64,000 bases of DNA from an uncultured Phycisphaerales bacterium. Lineage in GTDB: Bacteria; Planctomycetota; Phycisphaerae; Tepidisphaerales; Tepidisphaeraceae. The translations under genes and the position numbers were made by a program. The stretch covers positions 3,040,001-3,104,000 of the forward strand of contig CAVWVQ010000003.1 in the NCBI GenBank assembly GCA_963758525.1, written 5' to 3'. Below are positions 34,182 through 44,052 of the stretch, in pieces (within the stretch, counting starts at the first letter, position 1; every line of letters starts with the position of its first letter). The notes beneath the pieces are model-generated. The model did no database searches. It saw nothing but the letters and a program-made list of their open reading frames with translations, and was not told the origin of the DNA.

Positions 34182-35441
34182 TCAGGGAGCCCCCATGTTG
34201 TACATATCCATAAACCGGGGGCCGATTGAGCCAATGGTCTGATTGCCGGGGTCGAGGTCCGCGTTGAAGATGGACAACTCGTCAAACATTCCCACCCAGA
34301 CGGCATTCCCGGGAAATTGTCCTACGCAAAAATTCCTGGACGTGGCCGCGGCTTTTTTCGGATAACGGCTCTCAAAGTCGATCCACAGTTTGGTCATGCC
34401 GGTGTTCGCGGCTATCAAAACTCCATTCAAATACGCCTTCATCAGCCCGGCGCGGCTGTCCTTGGTAAACGCCCACATCATCCAGTTCGAATCGGTGCCA
34501 TAGGTGAAGGCGGGATAAATCCCATCGGGCGCAACCGTGGAGTTACCGGTTTCCCATCCGACGACGGCGTTCCCCTGATTAGGACAGGTAATGTCGATGG
34601 CCGGACGCGAGGTGCTTCCTCCAAAGGGACTCCACCAGAGGAACTTGGTCCCGGCAAAGGTCTGGTTCATCTGCGGTGTGATGCAAATCCAGGCAACAAT
34701 GGTGATTGCCTGGGTTTTTTTCAGCATCTTTCCCATCATCGCGGATTGTTTTGGATCGGCGATGAAGAGGGCTGTGTTGCCGCTGCCACTTGGGTTGTAA
34801 GTGCCATCAAAATACAAGGCGGGCTTGCCTCTGAACCGCCCGTCGAAGTGCCACATATTCGTCAGCGCAGCCGTGTTCGTTTCGGGCATGAACCACGTAG
34901 CGCTTTGGGTGTTCATCAGCACGCCATCCAACGCAGAGGCGTTGTAACTGGGAAAATACTGATTCTGCACCGCCATGTTCGTGATCGCGACGCCACCCCG
35001 ATCGTTCTGAAGATTCCAGTGGAGGACGATATCCGGGTCCATCGACAAATCGCGGCTGGAGGCCTGCCAGCGGACGTAGCGCGCCTGCTCGCGGGCCTTG
35101 GAAAGTGCGGGCATCAGCAGACTGATCAGGACCGCGATAATGCCAATGACAACAAGAAGCTCTACGATCGTAAAACCGCGTCGCTGTGATGGACGACGCG
35201 AAGAGGCACCAAGGCACGAAGGCACGAAGGCACAAAGGGGGGGACGGGGGGATCGGGAGTTGGGTCTCTCTGAATGCTCTAGTTTCAACTGTTCCACTGC
35301 TCTACTATCTCGCGCAGCGTGGGGCACGGACGCACGAAGGAAAGAGTGATCGCGTCGGCTCGCCGCAGGCGGCTCGACACGCGTTAAACCTCGGGCGCCG
35401 AAGCGCCGCAAGGCTGAAAGTCGGCGTTGCACATTGCACAT
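34182..35441 (-). CDS. Prepilin-type N-methylation protein with LamG/ConA-like C-terminal domain and extended leader
   Basis: [67 protein letters not shown] (LamG pattern). Confidence 0.9.
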   Translation of the reverse strand: MCNVQRRLSALRRFGARGLTRVEPPAASRRDHSFLRASVPHAARDSRAVEQLKLEHSERPNSRSPRPPLCAFVPSCLGASSRRPSQRRGFTIVELLVVIGIIAVLISLLMPALSKAREQARYVRWQASSRDLSMDPDIVLHWNLQNDRGGVAITNMAVQNQYFPSYNASALDGVLMNTQSATWFMPETNTAALTNMWHFDGRFRGKPALYFDGTYNPSGSGNTALFIADPKQSAMMGKMLKKTQAITIVAWICITPQMNQTFAGTKFLWWSPFGGSTSRPAIDITCPNQGNAVVGWETGNSTVAPDGIYPAFTYGTDSNWMMWAFTKDSRAGLMKAYLNGVLIAANTGMTKLWIDFESRYPKKAAATSRNFCVGQFPGNAVWVGMFDELSIFNADLDPGNQTIGSIGPRFMDMYNMGAP

Positions 35442-35520
35442 TGTCAGATTCCTGACCGCGATGGGATCAGACGACATTGGGTCTCCCTCCGCCTTTCCTG
35501 CTCAACATCCCTGCATCAGC

Positions 35521-37152
35521 TTACCGCGTTTCACCGATTAACTTTGCATCTGTCCAAAGAATCGCGTCAAAAGAGGTTCCATCGCCGCCGTCGGTCACCG
35601 CGAACGTGAGAAATCGCTCGGCGGGATCGAGGGGGACATCAACCGTGAACGGGGCACGCCTGTTGTCGAACTTGCGTTGCTCGAAAACCAGTTTGTCTCC
35701 GAGCAGAACGTAAACATCCGCCAGTGGCCTTATTTTGCCGGCGGCATCGCTATTGCCGACGACGCACTGCAGCCGCTTCAGGAGATAGGTGGGATGCAGT
35801 CGCCGGATTGCGGCCAGGTCGATGGTCAGGCCGCCATTGCTGCTCATGAACAGGATGCTGTGCGGGGGCGCTGCGTAATCGATGCCGCCGAGCACGGTCC
35901 GGACGGGCGGGTACTTCGAGACACCACGAATGGGGCCGCCTGTCCAAATCTGGTTGTAGACCGCGTTCTGTGTGCGTGGGAAGAGATGTCTTTGCCCAAT
36001 CGAATTCACCTCGACAGGGCCTTTGGCGCCATCAGGGATAAAACAGCCGTCAACAACCAGCGATCCGCTCACTCGATGATACTGATAGTCCCCTTTTACA
36101 AACTCGACCGGTTCGAATGTGCCCAGTGCATGCCTGGCGTAATCGATTGCCATCCCGCTCCGGTGGGTCGTGCCATCGCCGCCGGAGATGAGATCGACGA
36201 GGTCCAGCGCCGCGGGCTCGCCGCCCAGTTGCCGGACAAATTTCTGAGGTTGCGCTCCGGCAGGATCGAGTTTCAAATCGATCCCCGTCGCATTGGCGGC
36301 CTGACCTTCAGTCAGCATCAGAGTGGTTGACGAATTCCCGATGCGCGGCTCAACGCGCACACTTCCCTTGAAAACCTGGATCGCGTCCGATCCGTCCTCG
36401 CTCACCTCCACGCCAAATTCGGTACCCAGATCGACCACTCGAGACGACCCCGCTTCGATGGTAAAGCCGTGAGCGGGAGGCGGCACGACAGCAGTCGCCT
36501 TGCCGAAAGTGAGTTCAACGGCATTGGCGGATCGAATCTGAAAGCGCGCCGGCCCCTCCACGATCATCGTCGCGCCACTCTCGTATTTGATCCCCGCAAC
36601 GCCGGAGCGGAGATAGAGCAACTCTGAAGGAATGGCGCCTCCCGGCTTGGGTGCTCCGCCGGAGGTATCCCATTGCGCATCGTAGGATGCTGTCAGCGTC
36701 GCGAAGCGCTGTGGTGAATGGACGAGCCGGTAAATGCCGATCGCCAGCAGCAGCGGAACAATCGCGGCGGCGATCAATTGCCATCGCGGTCGCAGCAGCG
36801 ATCGCATCAGGGAATTCCATCGCGCTGCTTGGGGCGGCGGTAATTGCTCCTCTGCCGGCTCATGTGTTGGTTCGTCCGCTTCTGTTTCTTGGTCGGTGGC
36901 TGGCTCCTCGATTATCGCCGGGAGCACCATCGACTCGCTTTGCAGCAGCGATCTGCGATCCTCTTCGTCCCGCCGAAATGCTTCGGCGCCGTCGAGCATG
37001 TCTCGCAGGTGACTGTGCAGGATTGCGTCGCGCACGAATCTGCGAACGTTGGCCGGGTCCTCCTTGATCCAGGCGTTCACCTGCGCGGCAACCTCCGGTG
37101 ATGGCGAACCATCCAGAACCGCCGAGATGAGATCGTTCCACTGGTCGTTCAC
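35521..37152 (-). CDS. FecR-family anti-sigma factor with C-terminal NPCBM/NEW2-like domain
   Basis: Paralogue of 13041..14693; VVDLGTEFGV; ERFLTFAVTDGGDGTSFDAILWTDAKL. GTG start after GAGG preferred (ORF open to 37173). Confidence 0.88.
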   Translation of the reverse strand: MNDQWNDLISAVLDGSPSPEVAAQVNAWIKEDPANVRRFVRDAILHSHLRDMLDGAEAFRRDEEDRRSLLQSESMVLPAIIEEPATDQETEADEPTHEPAEEQLPPPQAARWNSLMRSLLRPRWQLIAAAIVPLLLAIGIYRLVHSPQRFATLTASYDAQWDTSGGAPKPGGAIPSELLYLRSGVAGIKYESGATMIVEGPARFQIRSANAVELTFGKATAVVPPPAHGFTIEAGSSRVVDLGTEFGVEVSEDGSDAIQVFKGSVRVEPRIGNSSTTLMLTEGQAANATGIDLKLDPAGAQPQKFVRQLGGEPAALDLVDLISGGDGTTHRSGMAIDYARHALGTFEPVEFVKGDYQYHRVSGSLVVDGCFIPDGAKGPVEVNSIGQRHLFPRTQNAVYNQIWTGGPIRGVSKYPPVRTVLGGIDYAAPPHSILFMSSNGGLTIDLAAIRRLHPTYLLKRLQCVVGNSDAAGKIRPLADVYVLLGDKLVFEQRKFDNRRAPFTVDVPLDPAERFLTFAVTDGGDGTSFDAILWTDAKLIGETR

Positions 37153-37249
37153 TACATAACCTCGCGCGATCACGCGCTTCCAAAAACCGTTTAGCGGCTG
37201 CCCTCGGGGCAGCGTGCTTCTGGCACGTGTGCGTCATCGCGCACGTTCA

Positions 37250-37774
37250 TCAGATGCTCCTGGAACTGTGAAGCTTCCGCTCGACACAATTCCGCAAGGC
37301 CGCACGGAGCCGGCACATCGCCATCTTTGCCGAGCTGACGCTGGTGCGCAGCGCCTGGGCCACTTTTTCGTAACGCAGGTCGTCGACATACCGCAACTGC
37401 AGAAGTTTCTGAGTCTTCGGCGAGGCCTGTTTCATGCAGGCCTGCAGCGCCTCCAGCAGCGGCCCTGGATCCTCTACCTCCGCGGCAAAAGCTTCGCCGA
37501 TCCGATCGCAACTGTCGTCGTCAAAGAATTGCTGATAGGTGGCCTGTCGCCGGCGGTAGGCGAGCAGCTCATTGCGTGCAATCCCAATCGCCCAACCAGA
37601 AAATGGCCGGGCGGGGTCGTACTCCGAGTACTTTCGCACCACCACCATCGCGATGTCCTGCAGAATGTCGTGCGCGTCGTGGAAGTCATTGGTCATGGAA
37701 CGGACGTAGGCTGCCACCGAAGGCAGGCATGCGGTCCATTGCCGGGCTACTTCTTCCTTGGAATCCAACGCCAA
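37250..37774 (-). CDS. ECF sigma-70 factor (divergon 2)
   Basis: DAHDILQD, YDPARPFSGWAIGIARN, LQACMKQ...LRYVDD...RLRAALRNCV. Confidence 0.93.
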   Translation of the reverse strand: MALDSKEEVARQWTACLPSVAAYVRSMTNDFHDAHDILQDIAMVVVRKYSEYDPARPFSGWAIGIARNELLAYRRRQATYQQFFDDDSCDRIGEAFAAEVEDPGPLLEALQACMKQASPKTQKLLQLRYVDDLRYEKVAQALRTSVSSAKMAMCRLRAALRNCVERKLHSSRSI

Positions 37775-37831
37775 TCGACGCTCCAGCCGAGATGGGGCGA
37801 GGTTACTCGCCCGCCACTACGCCCCCCTATT

Positions 37832-37859
37832 TATCTGCGCAAGGTCCAAAAACGTCACG
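37832..37859 (-). promoter_or_regulatory. Candidate ECF promoter motif B upstream of sigma 2
   Basis: Minus strand cGTGAC-gtttttggacctt-GCGCAGATA, the same bipartite motif as 38242 and 15599. Confidence 0.55.
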
Positions 37860-37913
37860 TAATTCCGGATTTCCCAATTCCGAGAGCGGAATTAGCCCGG
37901 ATCATTCAGGAGA

Positions 37914-38177
37914 ACCACGGATTACCCGGCGCTGGCTGCGCCCGCAACCCAAAGCAAAGAAACTGACCGTGGATGAACGCAGGGAATAAGATTGAACCGC
38001 TGATAAACGCCGATAAACGCAGATTGATCCAGAGACTTCGGTGATTCATTCAATCTGCGTTCATTCGCGTTCATCTGCGGTTCCCTTTCTTCCGTCTGCG
38101 CGCCCGTCAAAGCCTCGGCATCTGCACCTAAACTACGCTCCCTCCGACACATCCGTGCCATCCGTGTAATCCGTGGT
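37914..38177. repeat. Nested inverted short tandem repeats
   Basis: Inner arms 37994-38027 / 38050-38083 (10-nt period, 29/34 complementary); outer arms accacggattac (37914) / atccgtgccatccgtgtaatccgtggt (38151-38177). Confidence 0.75.
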
Positions 38178-38241
38178 CAATCCGGGTTTTGCAGGGATTC
38201 GAATGATTTTTATTGGGCAAGACAAAGGATTCTGAGAATTA

Positions 38242-38280
38242 TGTGACGGTTTGGGCACGCCGCGCAGATATCCCATTGAA
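38242..38280 (+). promoter_or_regulatory. Candidate ECF promoter motif B upstream of PEP-CTERM gene 2
   Basis: tGTGAC-ggtttgggcacgcc-GCGCAGATAtcccattgaa. Confidence 0.62.
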
Positions 38281-38408
38281 AGCCGGAGGTTGAGGAAATC
38301 GGCCCGTCTGGACGGCCGCAGAAGTCAGGTTCAACGGTTGGGGGGACACCCCGTACCAGCCGGGATAGACGCGGCCTGCTTTATGGCGGAGCAACGAGAG
38401 GACAGAAA

Positions 38409-41400
38409 ATGACGAGGAACAATCGCGCACTTTCGACACCTGCCAACCGCAAGTCGGATTCATTACGGACTCGGACTCAATCAGAACTCCGTCGTCGGCG
38501 GCTGACCTGCGCTTGTGCGGCCATTGCTGCTGGGTCGGCGGGCCTGAGCTCGCTTATCGCCCGCGCGGCCAGTAACGACGCCTGGGGCACGGCGCCCTCC
38601 AGCCAAAACTTTAGCGGCACGAATTGGACAACCGGAACGACAACTCCGGGCGCAAACACGGGGAGCGCCGCCAGCGGCGACGCCCTATATTTTGGCAATT
38701 CGACGATTACGACCCTCAACAACGATGACTCGAACTATTCGTTTTCGGGTCTCATTTTCAACGCGGGTGCGGCGGCGGGGTTCACCATCAACGGCAACAG
38801 CTTTACCCTGACTGGTAATGTCACCAATAGCAGCACCAATCTTGAGGCAATCAATGCCCCAATTGCGACGATCGCCGCCCGCACCTTTACGATGACTTCG
38901 GGCGGAGGCAACATCAGCCTCGGCGGCAATATCAGTGGCACGGGCGGCGGGCTGACACTGGCGGGCACCGGGGTGCTGGCCCTCTCCGGTTCCAACTCCT
39001 TTACGGGAGTCGTTAGCATCGGCTCCACTGCCACGCTCCAGTTACAGGCCAATTCCAGCAACACTGCCAGCGGAATTTCCAGCGTGCTGCCCACGCAGAA
39101 TATGCTAATCGCGGCGCTCCCCTCCGGTGCGACCATTCAGTTGCGCGCGGATAGCTCGATTGCCTCCAATGGCGTCGTCGCTTTCGACAGTGGCGCCACC
39201 ACCTTTGGCAATAGCGGGGCCGGTCTCAAACTCACCGGCAACCTGAACTTCGACGTCAATCAGTTGACGACCGGTTCGGTCCCGACAACGTTGCAGTTCG
39301 GCGCAACCAGCGCCGTCTGGCAGGTTGGGACAGGCACGACCACATTTAACGTGACGGGCGGTGCTGGTTATTCTTTGCAAATAGGCTCTCTCAATGTTGG
39401 TAATAATCAGGCTGTCGTTTTCAATCCGACCACCGCCAACATGATCGTCGGAGCAATCGGCAACACGTCAGGAACCATTACCAAAAACGGTGCCGGCACG
39501 CTCACGCTCAACGGCAACAATAGCTACACTGGCAATACCGTAGTCAGCGCAAGCGCAGGCATCCTCATCCTGAGCGGCGCCAACAATAATGGCGCTATCG
39601 CCACGACTACGGTGAACAATGGCGCGACGCTGCAATTGCAGGCCAACAACGGCAATACCTCCAACTTCACCACCGCGTCCACGGCGCTCGGAACGGCCTC
39701 AGGCAAGCTGGCCCTGAACGATGGATCGACGCTGCAACTGCGTTCCGACACCAGTGTGACCTTTAACGGAACCGACAACCTCCCCAGCCTCAACAGCAAG
39801 ACGATCACGATCGATGTGAATAATATCACGGCCGGTACCACCAACGGTGTCAGCAACTTAGGAACCCCCCAAGGCCGGACCCTGAGCCTGGCCACCGCCA
39901 CAACCGGCCTCGGCTCGACCGGCCAATTCAACATCACTGGCGGCGACGGCTACACCCTGGCCTTCGGCCCGCTTGCCGCTGCCAATGGAACCGGCCAAAC
40001 CTGGACCTTCAATCCGACCAGCGCGTCGGCCACCATCGCCAGCTACACCAGTAATGTGTCGGTGGCTTCCAATACACTCGCGCTTGCCGGCACCTCGACG
40101 GGCAACGCTGTCCTGGGCGCGATCACCAATGGCTCGGCAACAGCCATTGCCGTGACCAAATCCGGTACCAGTACATGGACCCTCGGCGGAACGAACACCT
40201 ATACCGGCGCTACGACCGTCAACGGCGGCACGCTGAACATCACCGGCTCGACCGGCTCGGGATCGGCGGTCGCGGTCAACGGCGGCGGTACTCTCAGCGG
40301 TACCGGCACGGTCGGCGGCGCGGTGACGGTCGCCGGCGGCACTTCATCGTCCACGTACGGCACGATCAGCGTGGGACAAGGCCCCTTGACCTTAAGCAGC
40401 CTCACCCTGGGTGGAAGCACCAACAGCTCGAACAGCAATTTCTCCCAATTGAACCTTGCGACAGCGACCGGCAATACCTCGGCAGCCGAAATCGCTGTCA
40501 CCGGCGCTCTCACCACAAACAACGCGGGCGCCACCATTACCATCAATCCTGCGGGCATCGCTGGCGGCCAAACCTACGAACTGGTAAGCTTCAGCGGCAG
40601 CGGGACTTACGACGGCTCGGCTTTCGCCACGGGAAGCGGCCAGTCGTCGATCGACGGGTTCACCCTCAGTACTTCCAACCCGAGCTTTGGCGTCAGCGAC
40701 TCGCTGACGGTAACCGCCGCCAGCAACGGCCTCCTCGAACTGGTCACGACCGGCCAAACCTATGCGAACCTCTGGTGGTATGGCAACCTGGGCACGGCAT
40801 GGAACGCCAACAACGGATCGATCGGCAACTTCACCCAGGATGCGGCGGGAACCACGCCCGCCCAGGCCCTTCCCAGCAGCGGCACCACGGTCAACTTCTC
40901 GGCCACCGGCGCGAATAACACGGGCCCCATCACCCTGGGCCAGGCCTTCACCATCGCGGGCCTCAATTTCCTCGCCGCGGACACCAATTCAGCCGCCTTC
41001 CCCGCGATCAACATCACCGATTCCAGCAACAGCCTGACGATCGGGACCAGCACCGGCATCACCGACGCCAATAATGCCGGAGTGACGTTGTCCGTGCAGA
41101 ACTTGATTCCCAGCGTGTCCCAAACCTGGACCAACAGCTCCGGGGCCCTCTTCACCATCGGCAACGTCGCGGGACCTGGAACAGCAGGAACCACGACATT
41201 AACTCTCACCAACAGCAGCAGCGGCGGGACGACCATTAGCGGCGTGATCGGCAACGGCACGCCTTCCGGCGCCTTGGCCCTCATCGTCAAGAATACCGGC
41301 GCGGGCGTGACCACCCTCTCCAATACGAATAATACCTACAGCGGCGGCACCACCCTGAACGGAGGCACTTTGACTTCCGCGGTGACCGGCGGCTTCGGGA

Positions 41401-44051
41401 CAGGCTTCGTGACAGTCACTCCGACGGGCATGACGAACAATGCGGCGGACAATGCGACCCTGAACACCACGGGCAGCATCGCTTCCTCAGCGGCAGTCAC
41501 GGTCAATTCGGAAGCGAACGATGGCGGCTTCGGCATCGGCACAATCAACTTCAACAGCACAACGCCGACGATTGCCAGCCTGTCGGGCAACGGCAGCGTG
41601 GTGCTTAACAATGCCGGCGGCACGACGCTGACAGTGAGCGGCGGCGGGACTTTCTCCGGCGCGATCAGCCAGGGCAACGGCGGAACCGGTAGCCTGACCA
41701 TATCTGGCGGCACGCTGACCTTGTCCGGCGCAAACGCTTACACGGGCACGACTTCGGTCACGGCCGGCACCCTCAGCCTCACCGGTTCACTGACCAGCAA
41801 TGTCTCGACCAGCAGCACCGGCGTAGTCACGGAAAGCAGCGGCGGAGTCATCGGCGGTGCCAGCGCAACCTTTACGCAAGGCAGCCCCGGCAAAACGTCG
41901 ACTCTCGCGGGCGCCAACAGCTACGGCGGCACGACGACGGTCAGCACGGGTACGTTAGTCCTTTCAGGCAGCAACAGTTCGTCGGGGGCGACGACGGTGT
42001 CCGGGGGAACACTGCAATTGGCCAACACGGCGAGCGATGGCGGCCTGGCCAGCGGCACCCTAAGCCTGAGCGGCGGCACACTCCAGGCCACCGTGGCGGT
42101 TCCCTCCATCACGAATGCGGTCTCCCTGACGGCCAACAGCACGATATCGGGATCTCAAGCCCTGACGCTGGCCGGTGTGCTTACCAACTCGGGCGCCAGT
42201 TCGACCCTCACGGTGAATAATTCGGCCGCCACCGCGATCACCGGCGGCAATGTCTATCTGTCGGAGGCAACCGGCACGGGCCGGACGCTCACGATCAACG
42301 GCTCGGGCGCCGTCACGATTGGCGACGCTATCGCGAATTACAGCGGCGGGGCGGGCACGGCCAGCGCGCTGACCTACAGCGGCAGCGGCACTCTAACGCT
42401 CTCGGGCAACAACAGTTATACGGGCAATACGTCGGTCACCACAGGCATCCTCGTCCTGAGCGGGGCCAACAGCAACGGCTCTTCCGCCACGACTTCGGTA
42501 AGCAATGGCGCGACGCTCCAATTGCAGGCTAACAACAGCAATATCACGTCAAACGCTTCTTCCGCGCTCGGCACCGGTTCAGGCAAGCTGGCCCTGAACG
42601 ATGGATCGACGCTGCAACTGCGTTCCGACACCAGCGTGACCTTTAACGGCACGGACGCCCTCGGCGGCCTCAATGGCAGGACGATCACGATCGATGTGAA
42701 TAATATCACGGCCGGTACCGCCAACGGTGTCAGCAACTTAGGAACCCCCCAAGGCCGGACCCTGAGCCTGGCCACCGCCACAACCGGCCTCGGCACGACC
42801 GGCCAATTCAACATCACTGGCGGCGACGGCTACACCCTGGCCTTCGGCCCGCTTGCCGCTGCCAATACAAGCGGCCAAACCTGGACCTTCAATCCGACCA
42901 GCGCGTCGGCCACCATCGCCAGCTACACCAGTAATGTGTCGGTGGCTTCCAATACACTCGCGCTTGCCGGCACCTCGACGGGCAATGCTGTCCTGGGCGC
43001 GATCACCAATGGCTCGGCAACAGCCATTGCCGTGACCAAATCCGGCGCCAGCACCTGGACGCTCTCTGGTGCAAATACGTATTCCGGCGGGACAACGATT
43101 GCCGGCGGCACGCTCGCTTTGTCCCCGGCTTCGGGCACCAACAACATCGGGTCTTCCAAGTTCATCAACGTCGGCAGCGGAGCCTTCTTCAACGTCACTG
43201 CCGTCAACGGAACCGCGAACAACAGTTTCGCGTTGAACGGCACGCAAACCCAAACCACCAGCCAGATCCTCGGCGGCGTCGGCACTGTGACCGGAGCGGT
43301 TGCGATCGCCAACGGAGCGACGCTTTCCGCCGGCACCAACAGCGGCACGGGAAAGGTGAATGTCGTCAGTTCCCCCGCGAGTTCCACGCTGGTTCCCGCC
43401 ACCGGCAGCACGGATACCATCGGCACGCTGAACACTGGCAACCTGACCTTGGGAGCCGCCACCGGCGCGAGCGGAAATCTGGCTGTTAAGATTTCCGACA
43501 TGCCTTCGTCCGGAACTCCGACCGCGGGCGCCGCTGGCACCAACTATGATACGGTGGCCGCGCAAACGATCACCGTGCCCTCTAATTCGCCAACACCGCC
43601 GGCAAACCCCTTCAACGTGCAACTGCTGGGGTACGGGAAGGTCTCCAGCGTCGTGACGGCAAATGCCGCCTCGGCGAATTTTAATCCGGCTTCCACCTAT
43701 GTCTGGCAGATCGCCTCGTACACCTCCACCAATATTCCCGGAGCCGCCGACGGCACGACCGTCATCCTGACCAGCGGCGGTGGCCAGAGTCCCGTGACGA
43801 CGGGGTCGAACTCGGTCGCGGGTCTGTTCAGCCTCGACACCAGCGGTTTTGCCAGCGCGAACTCAATCCCCGGAGCCCAGCAGGGCGCGTTCTATCTGGA
43901 AGACGTTGGAACCACTGGCACCGCCGGAACATTGGACGTGGTCTACAACGCCACGCCGGAGCCGGGCACGGCGATGCTGCTGCTGGCTGGGGGATTACCG
44001 ATGCTGGTCGCTCGTCGCCGCCGTCGAAAGGCGGTCGCGGACGCAAGTTGA
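38409..44051 (+). CDS. PEP-CTERM surface protein 2 (1880 aa) with autotransporter-associated beta-strand repeats
   Basis: Arg-rich leader similar to protein 1; many LTLSGxNxYTGxTxV repeats; C-terminal ATPEPGTAMLLLAGGLPMLVARRRRR. Confidence 0.93.
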   Translation: MTRNNRALSTPANRKSDSLRTRTQSELRRRRLTCACAAIAAGSAGLSSLIARAASNDAWGTAPSSQNFSGTNWTTGTTTPGANTGSAASGDALYFGNSTITTLNNDDSNYSFSGLIFNAGAAAGFTINGNSFTLTGNVTNSSTNLEAINAPIATIAARTFTMTSGGGNISLGGNISGTGGGLTLAGTGVLALSGSNSFTGVVSIGSTATLQLQANSSNTASGISSVLPTQNMLIAALPSGATIQLRADSSIASNGVVAFDSGATTFGNSGAGLKLTGNLNFDVNQLTTGSVPTTLQFGATSAVWQVGTGTTTFNVTGGAGYSLQIGSLNVGNNQAVVFNPTTANMIVGAIGNTSGTITKNGAGTLTLNGNNSYTGNTVVSASAGILILSGANNNGAIATTTVNNGATLQLQANNGNTSNFTTASTALGTASGKLALNDGSTLQLRSDTSVTFNGTDNLPSLNSKTITIDVNNITAGTTNGVSNLGTPQGRTLSLATATTGLGSTGQFNITGGDGYTLAFGPLAAANGTGQTWTFNPTSASATIASYTSNVSVASNTLALAGTSTGNAVLGAITNGSATAIAVTKSGTSTWTLGGTNTYTGATTVNGGTLNITGSTGSGSAVAVNGGGTLSGTGTVGGAVTVAGGTSSSTYGTISVGQGPLTLSSLTLGGSTNSSNSNFSQLNLATATGNTSAAEIAVTGALTTNNAGATITINPAGIAGGQTYELVSFSGSGTYDGSAFATGSGQSSIDGFTLSTSNPSFGVSDSLTVTAASNGLLELVTTGQTYANLWWYGNLGTAWNANNGSIGNFTQDAAGTTPAQALPSSGTTVNFSATGANNTGPITLGQAFTIAGLNFLAADTNSAAFPAINITDSSNSLTIGTSTGITDANNAGVTLSVQNLIPSVSQTWTNSSGALFTIGNVAGPGTAGTTTLTLTNSSSGGTTISGVIGNGTPSGALALIVKNTGAGVTTLSNTNNTYSGGTTLNGGTLTSAVTGGFGTGFVTVTPTGMTNNAADNATLNTTGSIASSAAVTVNSEANDGGFGIGTINFNSTTPTIASLSGNGSVVLNNAGGTTLTVSGGGTFSGAISQGNGGTGSLTISGGTLTLSGANAYTGTTSVTAGTLSLTGSLTSNVSTSSTGVVTESSGGVIGGASATFTQGSPGKTSTLAGANSYGGTTTVSTGTLVLSGSNSSSGATTVSGGTLQLANTASDGGLASGTLSLSGGTLQATVAVPSITNAVSLTANSTISGSQALTLAGVLTNSGASSTLTVNNSAATAITGGNVYLSEATGTGRTLTINGSGAVTIGDAIANYSGGAGTASALTYSGSGTLTLSGNNSYTGNTSVTTGILVLSGANSNGSSATTSVSNGATLQLQANNSNITSNASSALGTGSGKLALNDGSTLQLRSDTSVTFNGTDALGGLNGRTITIDVNNITAGTANGVSNLGTPQGRTLSLATATTGLGTTGQFNITGGDGYTLAFGPLAAANTSGQTWTFNPTSASATIASYTSNVSVASNTLALAGTSTGNAVLGAITNGSATAIAVTKSGASTWTLSGANTYSGGTTIAGGTLALSPASGTNNIGSSKFINVGSGAFFNVTAVNGTANNSFALNGTQTQTTSQILGGVGTVTGAVAIANGATLSAGTNSGTGKVNVVSSPASSTLVPATGSTDTIGTLNTGNLTLGAATGASGNLAVKISDMPSSGTPTAGAAGTNYDTVAAQTITVPSNSPTPPANPFNVQLLGYGKVSSVVTANAASANFNPASTYVWQIASYTSTNIPGAADGTTVILTSGGGQSPVTTGSNSVAGLFSLDTSGFASANSIPGAQQGAFYLEDVGTTGTAGTLDVVYNATPEPGTAMLLLAGGLPMLVARRRRRKAVADAS
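39699..43045 (+). repeat. Near-identical intragenic direct repeat (39699-40165 vs 42579-43045)
   Basis: Same sequence at an exact offset of 2880 nt, with few substitutions. Confidence 0.92.
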
Positions 44052-44052
44052 T

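Noticed and set aside
39699..43045. Intragenic repeat as a DGR template/variable repeat pair
   Set aside because: Both copies are coding and in frame within one gene, the differences are not confined to adenines, and there is no RT nearby.
15788..44051. PEP-CTERM proteins as type V autotransporters
   Set aside because: They have the passenger-type repeats but end in PEP-TM-Arg tails, with no C-terminal beta-barrel.
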